Origin: Alphaproteobacteria bacterium
Lineage (GTDB): Bacteria > Pseudomonadota > Alphaproteobacteria > GCA-2746255
NCBI GenBank assembly: GCA_965249135.1
Contig: OZ252220.1
Coordinates: 864,001 to 928,000, forward strand
Length of the DNA: 64,000 nucleotides
Reading direction: 5' to 3'
Shown: one piece after another, positions 41,292 to 52,153 of the stretch
How the letters are laid out: each line of letters opens with the position of its first letter
Numbering within the stretch: the stretch's first letter is position 1
The notes under the pieces: model-generated
Databases searched by the model: none
Told to the model about the DNA's origin: nothing
The model's input: the letters and a program-made list of their open reading frames with translations, nothing else
Position numbers and translations under genes: made by a program

Positions 41292-43208
41292 TTATCCCGA
41301 CGCCTTCGCCTCCTTCGGATAGCCGACCTTTTCCAGTGCCGCACCGATCTCGTTCAAAATTTCCGGATCGTCGATCGTCGCCGGCGTCTCGAAGGCCTCC
41401 CCGTCGGCGAGTTTCTGCATCGATCCACGCAGTATCTTGCCGGACCGTGTCTTCGGCAAGCGTTTCACGACGCAGGCAAGTTTAAAGGCGGCAACGGCGC
41501 CGATGCGTTCGCGGACCATGGCGATGGTCTCCCGAACGATCGCGTCTTCCGCGCGCTCGACACCCGCCTTCAACACCAAAAGCCCCAGCGGCACCTGCCC
41601 CTTTAACGCATCCCCCACGCCAAAGACCGCGCATTCCGCCACGTCCGGATGTTCGGAAAGCACCTCTTCCATGCCGCCCGTCGATAGCCGGTGACCGGCG
41701 ACGTTGATGATGTCGTCCGTGCGGCTCATGACGAAAAGGTAGCCGTCTTCATCCAAATAGCCGGCATCGCCCGTCAGGTAATAGCCGGGATATCGGGTGA
41801 GGTAGGATTCCACGAAGCCCGCATCGTTCTGCCAAAGGGTGGGCAGACAGCCCGGCGGCAGGGGTAATTTCAGCACGATGGCGCCGATGTCGCCCGGTTT
41901 CGCCTCGCTGCCTTCCTCATCGAGCACACGGATGTCGTAGCCGGGCACCGCCTTGGTGGGCGAACCCGGCTTGACCGGAAGCGCGCCGAGACCGATGCAG
42001 TTCGCCGCCGCCGGCCAGCCGGTTTCCGTCTGCCACCAGTGGTCGATGACGGGGCGTTCGAGCATGTCCTCGGCCCAGTGAAGCGTGTCCGGATCCGTGC
42101 GCTCGCCGGCCAGGAACAGCGTCGTAAACGCCGAGAGGTCTTTGCCCTTTAAGTAGTCCCCCTTGGGGTCCTCGCGCTTGATCGCCCGAAACGCGGTCGG
42201 CGCCGTGAACAGCACCTTCACCTTGTGCTCGGCGATCACCCGCCAGAAGGCGCCGGGGTCCGGCGTGCCCACCGGCTTGCCCTCGAACAGGATCGCGGTC
42301 GCGCCATGCAGCAGCGGCGCATAGACGATGTAGGAATGGCCGACCGCCCAACCGACGTCGGACGCCGCCCAGAACACCTCGCCTGGATCGACTCCGTAAA
42401 TATTCGTCATGCTCCAGACAAGGGCGACCGCATAGCCCCCATTGTCGTGGACGACCCCTTTCGGCACGCCGGTCGTGCCGGACGTATAAAGAATGTAAAG
42501 GGGGTCCGTTGCCGCAACGGGCACGCAAGGTGCAGGGCTGGCCGCTGCCATCGCGTCGGCCCAGGTGATGTCGCGCGGGGCTTGAAGATCGGCCAATCCC
42601 TGCTTGCGCTGCAACACGATGCAACGTTCCGGCCGCGACTCAAGGCTGGCCAATTCAATCGCCGCATCGAGCAGCGGCTTATAGGGGATCACGCGGGCCC
42701 CCTCGATCCCGCAGGAGCCGGCCACGATCACCTTCGGCTTCGCATCCTCGATGCGTTTCGCCAATTCGGCCGGCGCGAAGCCGCCGAAGACGACGGAATG
42801 GATGGCGCCGATGCGGGCTGAAGCCAGCATGGCGATGACCGATTCGGGCACCATCGGCATGTAGATGACGACGCGGTCGCCCTTTGTTACACCGAGCGCG
42901 CGAAGGGCGCCGGCAAAGCGCGCCACGCGGTCGCGAAGTTCCCGGTAAGTGAAGCTCTGAACCGTTTCCGTGACCGGGCTATCATAGATAAGCGCCGGCT
43001 GGTCCGCCCTTCCCCCTTCCACGTGGCGGTCGAGCGCGTTGTAACAGACGTTCAGCACGCCGCCCGCGAACCACTCGTAAAAAGGGGCGTTCGAGGAATC
43101 GAGGACGCGATCCCACTTCTTTTCCCAATCGAGCGCTTCGGCCGCTTCGGCCCAGAAGCCTTCCGGGTCCGCCTGCCAGCGTGCAGTGACCTCGTCGGTG
43201 CGGCTCAT
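41292..43208 (-). CDS. prpE: Propionyl-CoA synthetase
   Basis: YILYTSGTTGVPKG, AASDVGW, GKPVGTPD, DHWWQTETG, LPKTRSGK. Confidence 0.88.
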   Translation of the reverse strand: MSRTDEVTARWQADPEGFWAEAAEALDWEKKWDRVLDSSNAPFYEWFAGGVLNVCYNALDRHVEGGRADQPALIYDSPVTETVQSFTYRELRDRVARFAGALRALGVTKGDRVVIYMPMVPESVIAMLASARIGAIHSVVFGGFAPAELAKRIEDAKPKVIVAGSCGIEGARVIPYKPLLDAAIELASLESRPERCIVLQRKQGLADLQAPRDITWADAMAAASPAPCVPVAATDPLYILYTSGTTGVPKGVVHDNGGYAVALVWSMTNIYGVDPGEVFWAASDVGWAVGHSYIVYAPLLHGATAILFEGKPVGTPDPGAFWRVIAEHKVKVLFTAPTAFRAIKREDPKGDYLKGKDLSAFTTLFLAGERTDPDTLHWAEDMLERPVIDHWWQTETGWPAAANCIGLGALPVKPGSPTKAVPGYDIRVLDEEGSEAKPGDIGAIVLKLPLPPGCLPTLWQNDAGFVESYLTRYPGYYLTGDAGYLDEDGYLFVMSRTDDIINVAGHRLSTGGMEEVLSEHPDVAECAVFGVGDALKGQVPLGLLVLKAGVERAEDAIVRETIAMVRERIGAVAAFKLACVVKRLPKTRSGKILRGSMQKLADGEAFETPATIDDPEILNEIGAALEKVGYPKEAKASG

Positions 43209-43336
43209 CCCCCCTCCCCGTTTTGCCCGCTAGGGTTTCAGGCCCCAACGCAACGATCAAGGCCCATCGCGCAAATGCGTCCCTTCCGCCGAAAGCGCAA
43301 AGGGGGCGGTGCGGTCGCTTAAGGCAACGGCCAAGG

Positions 43337-43504
43337 CTAGATGGCTTCTAGCCGAAGGAGTTCGTCTTTGATATGGAGTTTTTGGCGTTTGAGTTGGTGG
43401 ATATACGAGTCGTCGGGTCGCGGTCGTTGATTTTCTTCTTCGATCTTGGTTTCCAGTGCGGCGTGTTCCGCCTTTAGCTGCTCAACTTCTTCCGTACTCG
43501 TCAT
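43337..43504 (-). CDS. YdcH/DUF465 family small protein
   Basis: LKAEHAALETKIEEE..RPRPD..LKRQKLHIKDEL; GGAGG RBS. Confidence 0.8.
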   Translation of the reverse strand: MTSTEEVEQLKAEHAALETKIEEENQRPRPDDSYIHQLKRQKLHIKDELLRLEAI

Positions 43505-43595
43505 ATTGAACCTCCCACCTAGTTCAAAACGAAACCCAGGACTCTTAAAGCCTACCCCTTCGCCGACCCCTTGACCAGAAAAGGCGCGAACCGCC

Positions 43596-44681
43596 TCAAT
43601 CCCCCAGCGAAATCCCAAGGCCACGGGCGGTTTTCACGATGCTCCCCTTTAGGTCGACGCTGCGGTGATGGGCGAGCACCTCTCGGATCGGAACCTCGAC
43701 GGCGCGCCGGTCCTGCCAGGCGACCATCTGGCCGAACTTGCCTTCCGCGATCAGGTCGACGGCGCGCACGCCGAAGACCGAAGCCATCAGGCGGTCGCGC
43801 GGCGTCGGCATGCCACCCCGCTGAAGGTGGCCAAGCACGGTGACGCGCGTCTGGGCGCCGGTAAGTTCGGCGATGCGCTCGCCCAAGTAATGGCCGATGC
43901 CGCCATAGCGCACATTGCCCGATTCGTCTTTCACGCCGATCGACTCGCCGCTTTCCGTCTTTACCGATTCGGTGACGACGACCAGCGCGTGGTTGCGCCC
44001 CATTTCCCGAAGGCTTTCGATCTTCGCCGCTACCTTCTCAATCGCGTAGGGAATTTCCGGGATCAGGATCACGTCGGCGCCGCCGGCAATCCCGGCCGCC
44101 AGTGCGATGTGGCCGGCGTCCCTTCCCATCACCTCCAGGATGATGACGCGGCTATGGCTCGCCGCGGTGGGCTGCAGACGGTCGAGCGCTTCCGTCGCCA
44201 CATAAACGGCGGTATTGTATCCGATACAGGTTTCGGTGAAGCCGACGTCGTTGTCGATCGTCTTCGGAATGGCGACGATCTTCAAACCGCCCTGCTCGGC
44301 AAGCCTCTCGAGGATCCGAAGGCTCCCGTCGCCGCCGATGACGACCAACGCTTCCAGCCCAAGCTCGCGATAGCCTTCGATGACCTCCGCCGAACGGTCG
44401 GTCACGCTTCCGTCCGGCATCGGAAAGGCGAACGGGTCGCCCGTGTTCGTCGTGCCGAGGATGGTGCCGCCCATGCGAAGCACGTTGCCCGTGAAGATTC
44501 GAAGCGTGAGCTCTTCGTAATCGACCGGCCGGCGAAGCAGCCCCATCGTTCCTTCATGGATGCCGAGCACCTGCCAGCCATAGGTCTCGATCGCGCGACG
44601 GACGACCGCCCGGATCACCGCGTTGAGGCCGGAACAATCCCCGCCGCTGGTCAGGATGCCGATTCGTTTCTTATCACCCAT
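43596..44681 (-). CDS. pfkA: 6-phosphofructokinase (probably ATP-dependent)
   Basis: LTSGGDCSGLN, GGTILGT, IGGDGS, PKTIDND, EVMGRDAG, LGHLQRGG. Confidence 0.92.
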   Translation of the reverse strand: MGDKKRIGILTSGGDCSGLNAVIRAVVRRAIETYGWQVLGIHEGTMGLLRRPVDYEELTLRIFTGNVLRMGGTILGTTNTGDPFAFPMPDGSVTDRSAEVIEGYRELGLEALVVIGGDGSLRILERLAEQGGLKIVAIPKTIDNDVGFTETCIGYNTAVYVATEALDRLQPTAASHSRVIILEVMGRDAGHIALAAGIAGGADVILIPEIPYAIEKVAAKIESLREMGRNHALVVVTESVKTESGESIGVKDESGNVRYGGIGHYLGERIAELTGAQTRVTVLGHLQRGGMPTPRDRLMASVFGVRAVDLIAEGKFGQMVAWQDRRAVEVPIREVLAHHRSVDLKGSIVKTARGLGISLGD

Positions 44682-44760
44682 GCGCCCACTTCCTCCGCCT
44701 TCAGCCTATGCGGAGAATGGATCATCGGAAAGGGTTTGTGTAAGCTAAAGGCGCGTGCGT

Positions 44761-45519
44761 CTAGTTCTCGCTTTCGTCGGTTTCGTTCGCCCCGCTGGCA
44801 GCGGCCTTCCGCTGGCGCTTCTGCGCATACATCTCCTGATCGGTCGCTTCGATCGCGCCGTCGATGTCCTCCGTGCCCTCGAACAGGTGCACACCATAAG
44901 AAACGGAAAGCTCCATCGTCTTTCCTTTCCAGTCGAAGGGGCTCTGCTCGATCAGCCGGGCCAAGATCCCCGCCTTTTCCTTCCCCGCCTTGAGGCCGGT
45001 CTGGGCAAGCAGGACGCCGAACTCATCGCCGCCCAGCCTCCCCAGGATGTCCGATTCGCGGACGTTGCCAAGAAAGAGTTGGGCGACGTGGCGAAGGGCG
45101 GCATCGCCCGCGGCGTGGCCTTCCGAATCGTTGATGAGCTTCAGGCCGTCGAGATCGAAATAAAGAATGCAACCGGTCGACCCATAGCGTTCCGCATAGG
45201 ACATCATCCGCGCCAGATGCCGGACGAAGGCGCGACGGTTGGAGATCGAAAGCAGCGGATCGTGGTCCGCCTCATGCTCAAGCAGCGACACCCGCTCCTT
45301 GAAGACCGCGAGTTCCTGGCGCAGCCGATCGACCTCCGCCATCAGACCAAGCAACGCCGAGCGCACCTTCGGCGTCAACTCTTCTTCGGGGATCCCCATG
45401 ACGGAGGTGACGTCCTCCACGTCCTCAAGGGATGCCACCGCGCTCCGGTCGGTGGCGCGCTTGCCGACGGAGGAAACGCGCGCCGTATCGCGAAGTGGGT
45501 TGGTCTTTTCGACCTTCAT
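44761..45519 (-). CDS. Diguanylate cyclase (GGDEF domain)
   Basis: [31 protein letters not shown]; start uncertain. Confidence 0.9.
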   Translation of the reverse strand: MKVEKTNPLRDTARVSSVGKRATDRSAVASLEDVEDVTSVMGIPEEELTPKVRSALLGLMAEVDRLRQELAVFKERVSLLEHEADHDPLLSISNRRAFVRHLARMMSYAERYGSTGCILYFDLDGLKLINDSEGHAAGDAALRHVAQLFLGNVRESDILGRLGGDEFGVLLAQTGLKAGKEKAGILARLIEQSPFDWKGKTMELSVSYGVHLFEGTEDIDGAIEATDQEMYAQKRQRKAAASGANETDESEN

Positions 45520-45714
45520 ACGAGGCCTCGCCAATGCTTGCGCCCAAAGACGACAAAGCCAAGCCTTTGGAGCCTGGCAAACCTATCGGGTAAATCCTAT
45601 CACAAAATGGCCCTGAAATCCTTAACGGGGCAGAGGCTTGCTTGCCTAACGCCAAACCCTCCCTTACATTGGCGCCCTTTCCGGCCAAGCCAAAAGGCCT
45701 TGGAGCGCCGCGCC

Positions 45715-46218
45715 ATGGGATCGAAAGAGGGATCGAAAGAACCGATCGTCGGCATCCTCATGGGAAGCCAATCCGACTGGGAGACGATGCACCACGCGGG
45801 TGAGGTTCTGGACGCGCTTGGCATCGCTTACGAGAAGAAAATCGTGTCTGCCCATCGCACGCCGAAACGGCTTTACGCCTATGCCGAGCTTGCCCACGAA
45901 CGCGGCCTCAAGGTGCTGATCGCCGGCGCCGGCGGGGCCGCCCATTTGCCCGGTATGGTCGCCGCCTTGACCGCGCTTCCCGTCCTCGGCGTGCCGGTCG
46001 AATCGAAGGCGCTGAAGGGCCTCGACAGCCTGCTTTCGATCGCCCAGATGCCGGGCGGCGTGCCGGTCGGTACGCTTGCCGTAGGCCCGGCCGGCGCCAA
46101 GAACGCGGGCCTCCTTGCTGCCGCCATCGTCGCCCTGTTCGATCCGAAGGTGGCGAGTGCACTCGACGACTGGCGCGCGCATCAAACCGAAGCCGTCGCC
46201 GAAACCCCAAGCGACTAA
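45715..46218 (+). CDS. purE: N5-CAIR mutase
   Basis: [36 protein letters not shown]. Confidence 0.96.
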   Translation: MGSKEGSKEPIVGILMGSQSDWETMHHAGEVLDALGIAYEKKIVSAHRTPKRLYAYAELAHERGLKVLIAGAGGAAHLPGMVAALTALPVLGVPVESKALKGLDSLLSIAQMPGGVPVGTLAVGPAGAKNAGLLAAAIVALFDPKVASALDDWRAHQTEAVAETPSD

Positions 46219-46224
46219 AACCCC

Positions 46225-47310
46225 ATGACCCAAGCGCCCCTGCCACCGGGTTCGACGATCGGCATCTTCGGCGGCGGACAGCTTGGCCGGATGACGGCGC
46301 TGGCGGCGGGAAAGCTCGGCTATCGCGTTCACGTCTTCGACCCGGAAGTCGATTGCCCGGCGGCCCAGGTCGCTGCCCACCACACCGCGGCCGCCTATGA
46401 CGACGAGGCAGCGATCGAAAGATTTGCGGACGCCATCGACGTCGCCACCTTCGAGTTCGAGAACGTGCCAAGCACAACCCTCGCCGCCCTGGAAGGAAAG
46501 GCCCCGGTGCGCCCGAGGGGTGCGATCCTCCATACCGTGCAGGATCGCCTGCGGGAGAAGGATTTCCTGAACGGGCTGGGCATCGCCACCACCGCTTATG
46601 CAAACATCACCTCGCCGGCCGAGCTTTCCTCGCAACTGAAGGAAATCGGTCTGCCGACGGTCCTCAAAGGAGCGCGACTTGGCTATGACGGCAAGGGCCA
46701 GCAACGAATCGAAGCAGCGAGCGATGCCGATGCCGCCTGGAAGGCGCTGAACGCCGAGCGCGCCATCCTCGAATCCTGGGTCGACTTCTTTTGCGAGATT
46801 TCCGTCGTCGTCGCCCGCGGCCTCGATGGAACCCTTGCCGCCTTTGCCCCGTCCGAGAACCTGCACCGCGATCACATCTTAAGAGAGACCCGCGTGCCGG
46901 CTTCGATCGCGCCCAAGATCGGCCGTGAGGCCCAGGCCATCGCGGAAAGGATCGCCGACGCGCTCGGCCTGGTCGGCTTGCTCGCCGTCGAATTCTTCGT
47001 GACGAAGGACAGAGCGCTTCTGGTGAACGAGATCGCACCCCGCCCCCACAATTCCGGCCACTGGACGATGGATGCCTGCGTCACCAGCCAGTTCGAACAG
47101 TTCGTCCGGGCGATTACCGGGCTCCCCCTGGGCACGGCGGAACGCCATTCGGACGCGGTGATGACGAACCTGCTTGGGGATGAGGTAGCACGCTGGCAGG
47201 CGCTTGCCGCCGAGCTCGGCGCGAGCGTGCACCTCTATGGCAAGAAAGAGGTGCGCCCGGGCAGGAAGATGGGGCACATCACCCGCCTGGCACCGAACCG
47301 CGAGTCCTAG
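46225..47310 (+). CDS. purK: N5-CAIR synthase
   Basis: GGGQLGRM, TFEFENV, GYDGKGQ, NEIAPRPHNSGH, GRKMGH. Confidence 0.96.
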   Translation: MTQAPLPPGSTIGIFGGGQLGRMTALAAGKLGYRVHVFDPEVDCPAAQVAAHHTAAAYDDEAAIERFADAIDVATFEFENVPSTTLAALEGKAPVRPRGAILHTVQDRLREKDFLNGLGIATTAYANITSPAELSSQLKEIGLPTVLKGARLGYDGKGQQRIEAASDADAAWKALNAERAILESWVDFFCEISVVVARGLDGTLAAFAPSENLHRDHILRETRVPASIAPKIGREAQAIAERIADALGLVGLLAVEFFVTKDRALLVNEIAPRPHNSGHWTMDACVTSQFEQFVRAITGLPLGTAERHSDAVMTNLLGDEVARWQALAAELGASVHLYGKKEVRPGRKMGHITRLAPNRES

Positions 47311-47942
47311 CGTCCCGGATTTACGAACCGGCGGCCCGCTGCCGTAAGACGGCTAAGCGCGGCTTCCGCTTGGCCTCGGATCTTCGGCACCTTCATGACG
47401 TCATTGATGCGCCGATCCAGGAACGCCCAGGTCTCGGTGAAGTCTTCCGAATCGTCGTTCAGCCAAGTAAAGAAGGTCGAGACGTAGACGGCGGCAAGCA
47501 GAGCGCGCTTCGAATAGAAGTTGAAATCCGCCGATCGGTCCCCGATCGCATACCAGATCGCATCGACCGTCCGCCAGGTGGTGGCCGCCCCTTCGCGCGC
47601 CTGGGCGGGTCGCATGAGATAGGCCACGGCGCGCCGCGCGGCCTCCCGGTGTTCGGCGTTCTGCGTAAGCCGCGTGCGCACGGCAAGCGCGATCTTGTCG
47701 CGGATCCGCATCCCTTCCAGATCACTCGCCTCGAGGGCCGCCACCATCTTACGGTCGGCCTCCGTCACGTAAGCGCGGAAGAGATCCCGAACCCCTCTCG
47801 GGAAGGCGCACGCAAGTTGAGCCTGATCCGCGCCTACTTCCCTGGCGCCCTCGGCAAGTGCCTGCTCCGTCCAGCCGTCGAAGGGCACGTGACGTAAAGC
47901 GGCTTCGAGAATTTCCAGGCGTATGCGCTCAAGGTCCGGCAC
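47307..47942 (-). CDS. COQ9 family protein
   Basis: HVPFDGW, IRDKIALAVRTRL, DAIWYAIGDRSADFNFYSKR, FLDRRI; GTG start assumed. Confidence 0.88.
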   Translation of the reverse strand: MPDLERIRLEILEAALRHVPFDGWTEQALAEGAREVGADQAQLACAFPRGVRDLFRAYVTEADRKMVAALEASDLEGMRIRDKIALAVRTRLTQNAEHREAARRAVAYLMRPAQAREGAATTWRTVDAIWYAIGDRSADFNFYSKRALLAAVYVSTFFTWLNDDSEDFTETWAFLDRRINDVMKVPKIRGQAEAALSRLTAAGRRFVNPGR

Positions 47943-47967
47943 GTTCCTATACCCTCGAAGTTCTGAC

Positions 47968-48576
47968 CTAAAGTTCCGGCAGCGTCTTTTCCATCTCGTC
48001 AATATAGCCGAAATTGGAAATATCCTTTATCCGCATCGGATAGAGAATGCCGTCCAGATGATCCGCCTCGTGCTGGACGACGCGGGCGTGAAAGCCGCTC
48101 ACCTCACGCGCGATCGTGTCCCCTTCCGGCGTCACCCCCCGGTAGCGCACTTCAACGTAGCGCGGCACGAGGCCGGCCATGCCGGGAAGCGAAAGGCAGC
48201 CTTCCCACGCTTCCTCCATCGCCTCTCCGACCGGCTCGATGACCGGATTGATGAGCGTGGTGAGCACCATCTCCGGCGGCGCATCGCCTGGCAAAGCCTC
48301 GCCTTCCGCCACCGGGCCTTCCGTCACCGGGCCTTCCGTCACCGGGCCTTCCACCACCGGCCCAGCCGGCACCGGCCCTTCCGGCAGCTCGAAGATAAGG
48401 ACGCGCTTGGCAACGGCGATCTGGGGGGCGGCAAGCCCGATCCCGGCCATCGCCCGCATCGTCTCGATCATGTCGGCGATAAGGGCCGCGATGGCCGGAT
48501 CCAATGGGTCCGCCACTGCCTCCGCCACCCCGCTTAAAACCGGGTGCCCCATGCGGGCGATTTCGAGAACGGCCAT
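47968..48576 (-). CDS. def: Peptide deformylase with repeat insertion
   Basis: GIGLAAPQI, EGCLSLP, QHEADHLDG. Confidence 0.95.
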   Translation of the reverse strand: MAVLEIARMGHPVLSGVAEAVADPLDPAIAALIADMIETMRAMAGIGLAAPQIAVAKRVLIFELPEGPVPAGPVVEGPVTEGPVTEGPVAEGEALPGDAPPEMVLTTLINPVIEPVGEAMEEAWEGCLSLPGMAGLVPRYVEVRYRGVTPEGDTIAREVSGFHARVVQHEADHLDGILYPMRIKDISNFGYIDEMEKTLPEL

Positions 48577-48766
48577 CTGGCTACTATGGGCGGCGGGCCG
48601 GCGGACTTCCAGGGAACTTTTCCAGAAAATGGCAGAAAACCGGGGATTTTAGCGAGGCTCCCCTTTCCAAAGGGTGCCGGCTGTGCTATGTAGCGGCCCA
48701 CTTAAGACAACCTTGTCACCTTGGGAATTCATTACACCGTTTCCCACGGAAACGGAGGAGAGACGT

Positions 48767-48967
48767 TTGCAGGTCACGGTTCGCGATAACAATGTCGATC
48801 AGGCCCTTCGGGCGCTGAAGAAGAAGATGCAGCGCGAGGGCATTTTCCGCGAGATGAAGATGCGCCGCTCTTACGAGAAACCATCCGAAAAACGCGCGCG
48901 CGAACGCGCCGAAGCGGTGCGCCGGGCCCGCAAGCTGGAACGCAAGCGCCAAGAACGCGAACTTTAG
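48767..48967 (+). CDS. rpsU: 30S ribosomal protein S21
   Basis: (M)[31 protein letters not shown]; TTG start after GGAG. Confidence 0.95.
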   Translation: MQVTVRDNNVDQALRALKKKMQREGIFREMKMRRSYEKPSEKRARERAEAVRRARKLERKRQEREL

Positions 48968-49007
48968 GAAAGAACGCGAACTCTAGGAACCGATCTTCAT
49001 TTAAACC

Positions 49008-49040
49008 AAAACCCCCCGGACCGGACCTGAGGGGTTTTTT
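49008..49040 (+). terminator. Intrinsic terminator after rpsU
   Basis: AAAACCCC..GGGGTTTTTT hairpin with T run. Confidence 0.6.
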
Positions 49041-49060
49041 GATTCCTCTAAACCGCGCGC

Positions 49061-49092
49061 AAAAAAAACGGCGGAGTCGCCCCCGCCGCTTT
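49061..49092 (-). terminator. Intrinsic terminator after pntB
   Basis: CGGCGG..CCGCCG stem followed by a T run on the minus strand. Confidence 0.6.
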
Positions 49093-49115
49093 CAATGCCC
49101 CCAAAGCTATCCTGG

Positions 49116-50504
49116 TCAGAACGCCTTGACGATAGCTTCGACCATTTTCTTGGCGTCGCCGAATAGCATCATCGTATTGTCGCGATAGAAGAGCTCGTTA
49201 TCAACCCCTGCGTAGCCGGGCGAGAGAGAACGTTTTACGAACAAAACGGTCTTCGCGTCCTCGACGTCGAGGATCGGCATGCCGTAGATCGGGCTCGCCG
49301 GGTCCTTCTTGGCGATCGGGTTCGTCACGTCGTTGGCGCCGATGACGAAGGCGACGTCCGACGAGGCGAAATCGTGGTTAATTTCCTCCAGTTCGAAGAC
49401 CTCATCATAGGGCACGTTCGCCTCCGCCAGCAGCACGTTCATGTGCCCCGGCATGCGGCCGGCGACCGGGTGAATCGCGTAACTCACCTTCACCCCTTCC
49501 GCCTTTAAGAGGTCCCCCATCTCGCGGAGCGCGTGCTGGGCCTGGGCGACCGCCATCCCATAGCCGGGCACGATGATGACGGAGGCGGCGTTCTTGAGGA
49601 TGAAGGCACCGTCGTCGCCGCTCCCGGATTTCACGCTGCGATCGCCGCCGGCCACGCCGGGTGCCGCGTGTCCCTCGCCGCCGAAACCGCCGAGCACGAC
49701 GTTGAAGATCGAGCGGTTCATCCCCTTGCACATGATGTAACTGAGGATGGCGCCCGACGAGCCGACGAGGGCGCCGGTGATGATGAGCAGGTGGTTGTCG
49801 AGCGTGAATCCGATGCCACACGCCGCCCATCCCGAATAGGAGTTCAGCATCGAGATGACGACCGGCATGTCGGCCCCGCCGATCGGCACGATGATCAGGA
49901 AGCCGACCAGGAAGGCGAGCGCGGCCATCGCCCAGAACACCTCGACCGACTCGTTCGATCCGAAAGTGGCGATCAGGCCGACGATCGCGATTCCTAACAC
50001 CGCGTTCAGCGGATGCTGGCCGGGAAAGACCAGCGGCGATCCGGACACCAGCCCCTGCAGCTTCGCAAACGCCACGACGGAACCCGAAAAGGTGATCGCG
50101 CCGATGACCATGCCGATCCCCATCTCGACCCGGTTGGCGACAGGGATCGATCCGATGTCGCCGATCCCGTACGCCGCCGGCGAATAAAGGGCGGCCGCCG
50201 CAACGAACACGGCGGCCATGCCGACCAGGCTGTGAAAGGCCGCCACCAGCTGGGGCAAGGCCGTCATATGGATGCGAAGCGCGATCACGGTGCCGATGGC
50301 GCCGCCGATCAGCACGCCGAGAATGATCAGCGTGTAGCTTGTGACTTCCGGTGAAACGAGCGTCGTCGCCACGGCGATCAGCATGCCGGCGATGCCGTAG
50401 AGGTTGCCGACCCGCGCCGTCACCGGCGAGCTTAAGCCCCGCAGCGCCATGATGAAGCAGATCGAGGCGATGAGATAGGCGAGCGCCGTGGTGGTTACGG
50501 TCAA
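49116..50504 (-). CDS. pntB: NAD(P) transhydrogenase subunit beta
   Basis: LVAAFHSLVG, IGGADMPVVISMLNSYSGW, HPVAGRMPGHMNVLLAEA. Confidence 0.96.
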   Translation of the reverse strand: MTVTTTALAYLIASICFIMALRGLSSPVTARVGNLYGIAGMLIAVATTLVSPEVTSYTLIILGVLIGGAIGTVIALRIHMTALPQLVAAFHSLVGMAAVFVAAAALYSPAAYGIGDIGSIPVANRVEMGIGMVIGAITFSGSVVAFAKLQGLVSGSPLVFPGQHPLNAVLGIAIVGLIATFGSNESVEVFWAMAALAFLVGFLIIVPIGGADMPVVISMLNSYSGWAACGIGFTLDNHLLIITGALVGSSGAILSYIMCKGMNRSIFNVVLGGFGGEGHAAPGVAGGDRSVKSGSGDDGAFILKNAASVIIVPGYGMAVAQAQHALREMGDLLKAEGVKVSYAIHPVAGRMPGHMNVLLAEANVPYDEVFELEEINHDFASSDVAFVIGANDVTNPIAKKDPASPIYGMPILDVEDAKTVLFVKRSLSPGYAGVDNELFYRDNTMMLFGDAKKMVEAIVKAF

Positions 50505-50519
50505 GCTTCCCTCCCCCCG

Positions 50520-50849
50520 TTAGCTTTTCTTCTTGAACATCTGCAGCATGCGCTGGGTCACGATGAACCCGCCGAAGATGTTGATGCTCGCCAGGATCAC
50601 GCCTGCAAAGCCGATCAGTTTCGAGAACGTCGTCTCCATCGGCCCCGCCGCAATCAGCGCGCCGACGATGATCACGCTCGAGATGGCGTTCGTGACGCTC
50701 ATCAGCGGCGAATGCAACGCCGGCGTCACGTTCCAGACGACGTAATAGCCGACGAAAATTGCCAAAATGAAGATCGTCAGTGCGAAGACGATCAGATCCG
50801 CTTGCGCCGCGCCCGCCGCACTCTCAGCCATCTTTTGCATGTGTTCCAT
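50520..50849 (-). CDS. pntAB: NAD(P) transhydrogenase alpha subunit part 2
   Basis: [34 protein letters not shown]. Confidence 0.94.
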   Translation of the reverse strand: MEHMQKMAESAAGAAQADLIVFALTIFILAIFVGYYVVWNVTPALHSPLMSVTNAISSVIIVGALIAAGPMETTFSKLIGFAGVILASINIFGGFIVTQRMLQMFKKKS

Positions 50850-50852
50850 GAC

Positions 50853-52007
50853 CTAGTCTCCCTTGTCCAAGAAGGCGGAATGGACGATCGCGCCGCCTTG
50901 GGTGAGCTGGGTGCCCTGGATGATCTCGTCTTCCGGATCAAGCTTCAGCGTCTTCGTCTCCGCATCGACGAGGGGGGTTAGAAAATTCAGCAGGTTCTTC
51001 GCATAAAGCGCGCTCGCATCCTCGGCGATGCGGCTCGGCAGGTTCGCATAGGCGACGATCGTCACGCCATGGGCCTCGACGATGCCTTCCTCGCTAAGTT
51101 CGCAATTGCCGCCCGCCTCGATCGCCAAATCGACGATCACGGAACCCGGCTTCATGTCACGGACCATCGCGTCGGTAATCAGGACCGGCGCCGGCTTGCC
51201 GGGGATCAGCGCCGTCGGGATGACGATGTCCTGTTTCTTGAGCGTCTCATGGATAAGCTCGGATTGCTTGCGCTTGTAGTCTTCGCTCATCTCCTTCGCA
51301 TAGCCGCCGGCGGTTTCGGCTGCTGCCGTTTCTTCCGATTCGACCTCGACGAAGGTGGCGCCCAGGCTTTCCACCTGTTCCTTCACGGCCGGCCTGACGT
51401 CGAAGGCAAAAACGACGGCGCCCAGGCGCTTGGCCGTCGCGACCGCCTGCAGGCCGGCGACGCCGGCGCCCAGGATGAGGACGCGGGCCGGCGCCACGGT
51501 GCCGGCCGCCGTCATCATCATCGGCATGCCCCGGCCAAACACGTTGCAGGCCTCGAGCACCGCCCGATAACCGGCGAGGTTGCTCTGGGAGGAAAGCACA
51601 TCCATGCTTTGGGCGCGCGTGATGCGCGGCAGAAGTTCCATCGCAAAGGCATCGACCTTCGCATCCGCGTAAGCCTTCACCTGTTCCGGGTTCGCGTAAG
51701 CGCTAAGTGAGCCGATCAGCTTCGCGCCCGCCTTCATGTAGGAAAGTTCGTCCGGCCCGCCTTCCGCTTCCGTGAGCGGGCGCTGCACCTTGAGCACGAT
51801 GTCCGCATCCTGTAGGGCGGCCGCCGCATCGGCGGCGATGGTGGCGCCAGCCGCCCGATAGGCCGGATCCAAGAGCGAAGCACCGGCGCCGGCGTCCTTT
51901 TCGACCATCACCTCGAAGCCAAGGCCGATCAGTTTCTTGACCGTGTCCGGCGTCGCCGCGACCCGGTGCTCGTGTTCGCGCCGTTCTTTCGGTATGCCAA
52001 TTTTCAT
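50853..52007 (-). CDS. pntAA: NAD(P) transhydrogenase alpha subunit part 1
   Basis: RVAATP, RITRAQSMDVLSSQ, GAGVAGL, GGYAKEMS, GGNC. Confidence 0.95.
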   Translation of the reverse strand: MKIGIPKERREHEHRVAATPDTVKKLIGLGFEVMVEKDAGAGASLLDPAYRAAGATIAADAAAALQDADIVLKVQRPLTEAEGGPDELSYMKAGAKLIGSLSAYANPEQVKAYADAKVDAFAMELLPRITRAQSMDVLSSQSNLAGYRAVLEACNVFGRGMPMMMTAAGTVAPARVLILGAGVAGLQAVATAKRLGAVVFAFDVRPAVKEQVESLGATFVEVESEETAAAETAGGYAKEMSEDYKRKQSELIHETLKKQDIVIPTALIPGKPAPVLITDAMVRDMKPGSVIVDLAIEAGGNCELSEEGIVEAHGVTIVAYANLPSRIAEDASALYAKNLLNFLTPLVDAETKTLKLDPEDEIIQGTQLTQGGAIVHSAFLDKGD

Positions 52008-52080
52008 CGTCGCCCCGTATCCTCCCCCTTGAAAATCCGCACCCCCGCTTTAAAAAATTCGGCCGAGTGTGCCGTGTTCG

Positions 52081-52122
52081 GCCCGGTTTGCCAAGCCCGG
52101 TTTGTCAAGCCCGGTTTGCCAA
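52081..52122. repeat. 14-bp tandem repeat x3 upstream of pntA
   Basis: GCCCGGTTTGYCAA x3. Confidence 0.9.
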
Positions 52123-52153
52123 GGACGAACCGCCACCCTGGACGCCGAAGGCT

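Noticed and set aside
44755-45714. Apparent 320-aa N-terminal extension of PurE
   Set aside because: It is the antisense of the GGDEF gene; PurE homology starts at ATG 45715.
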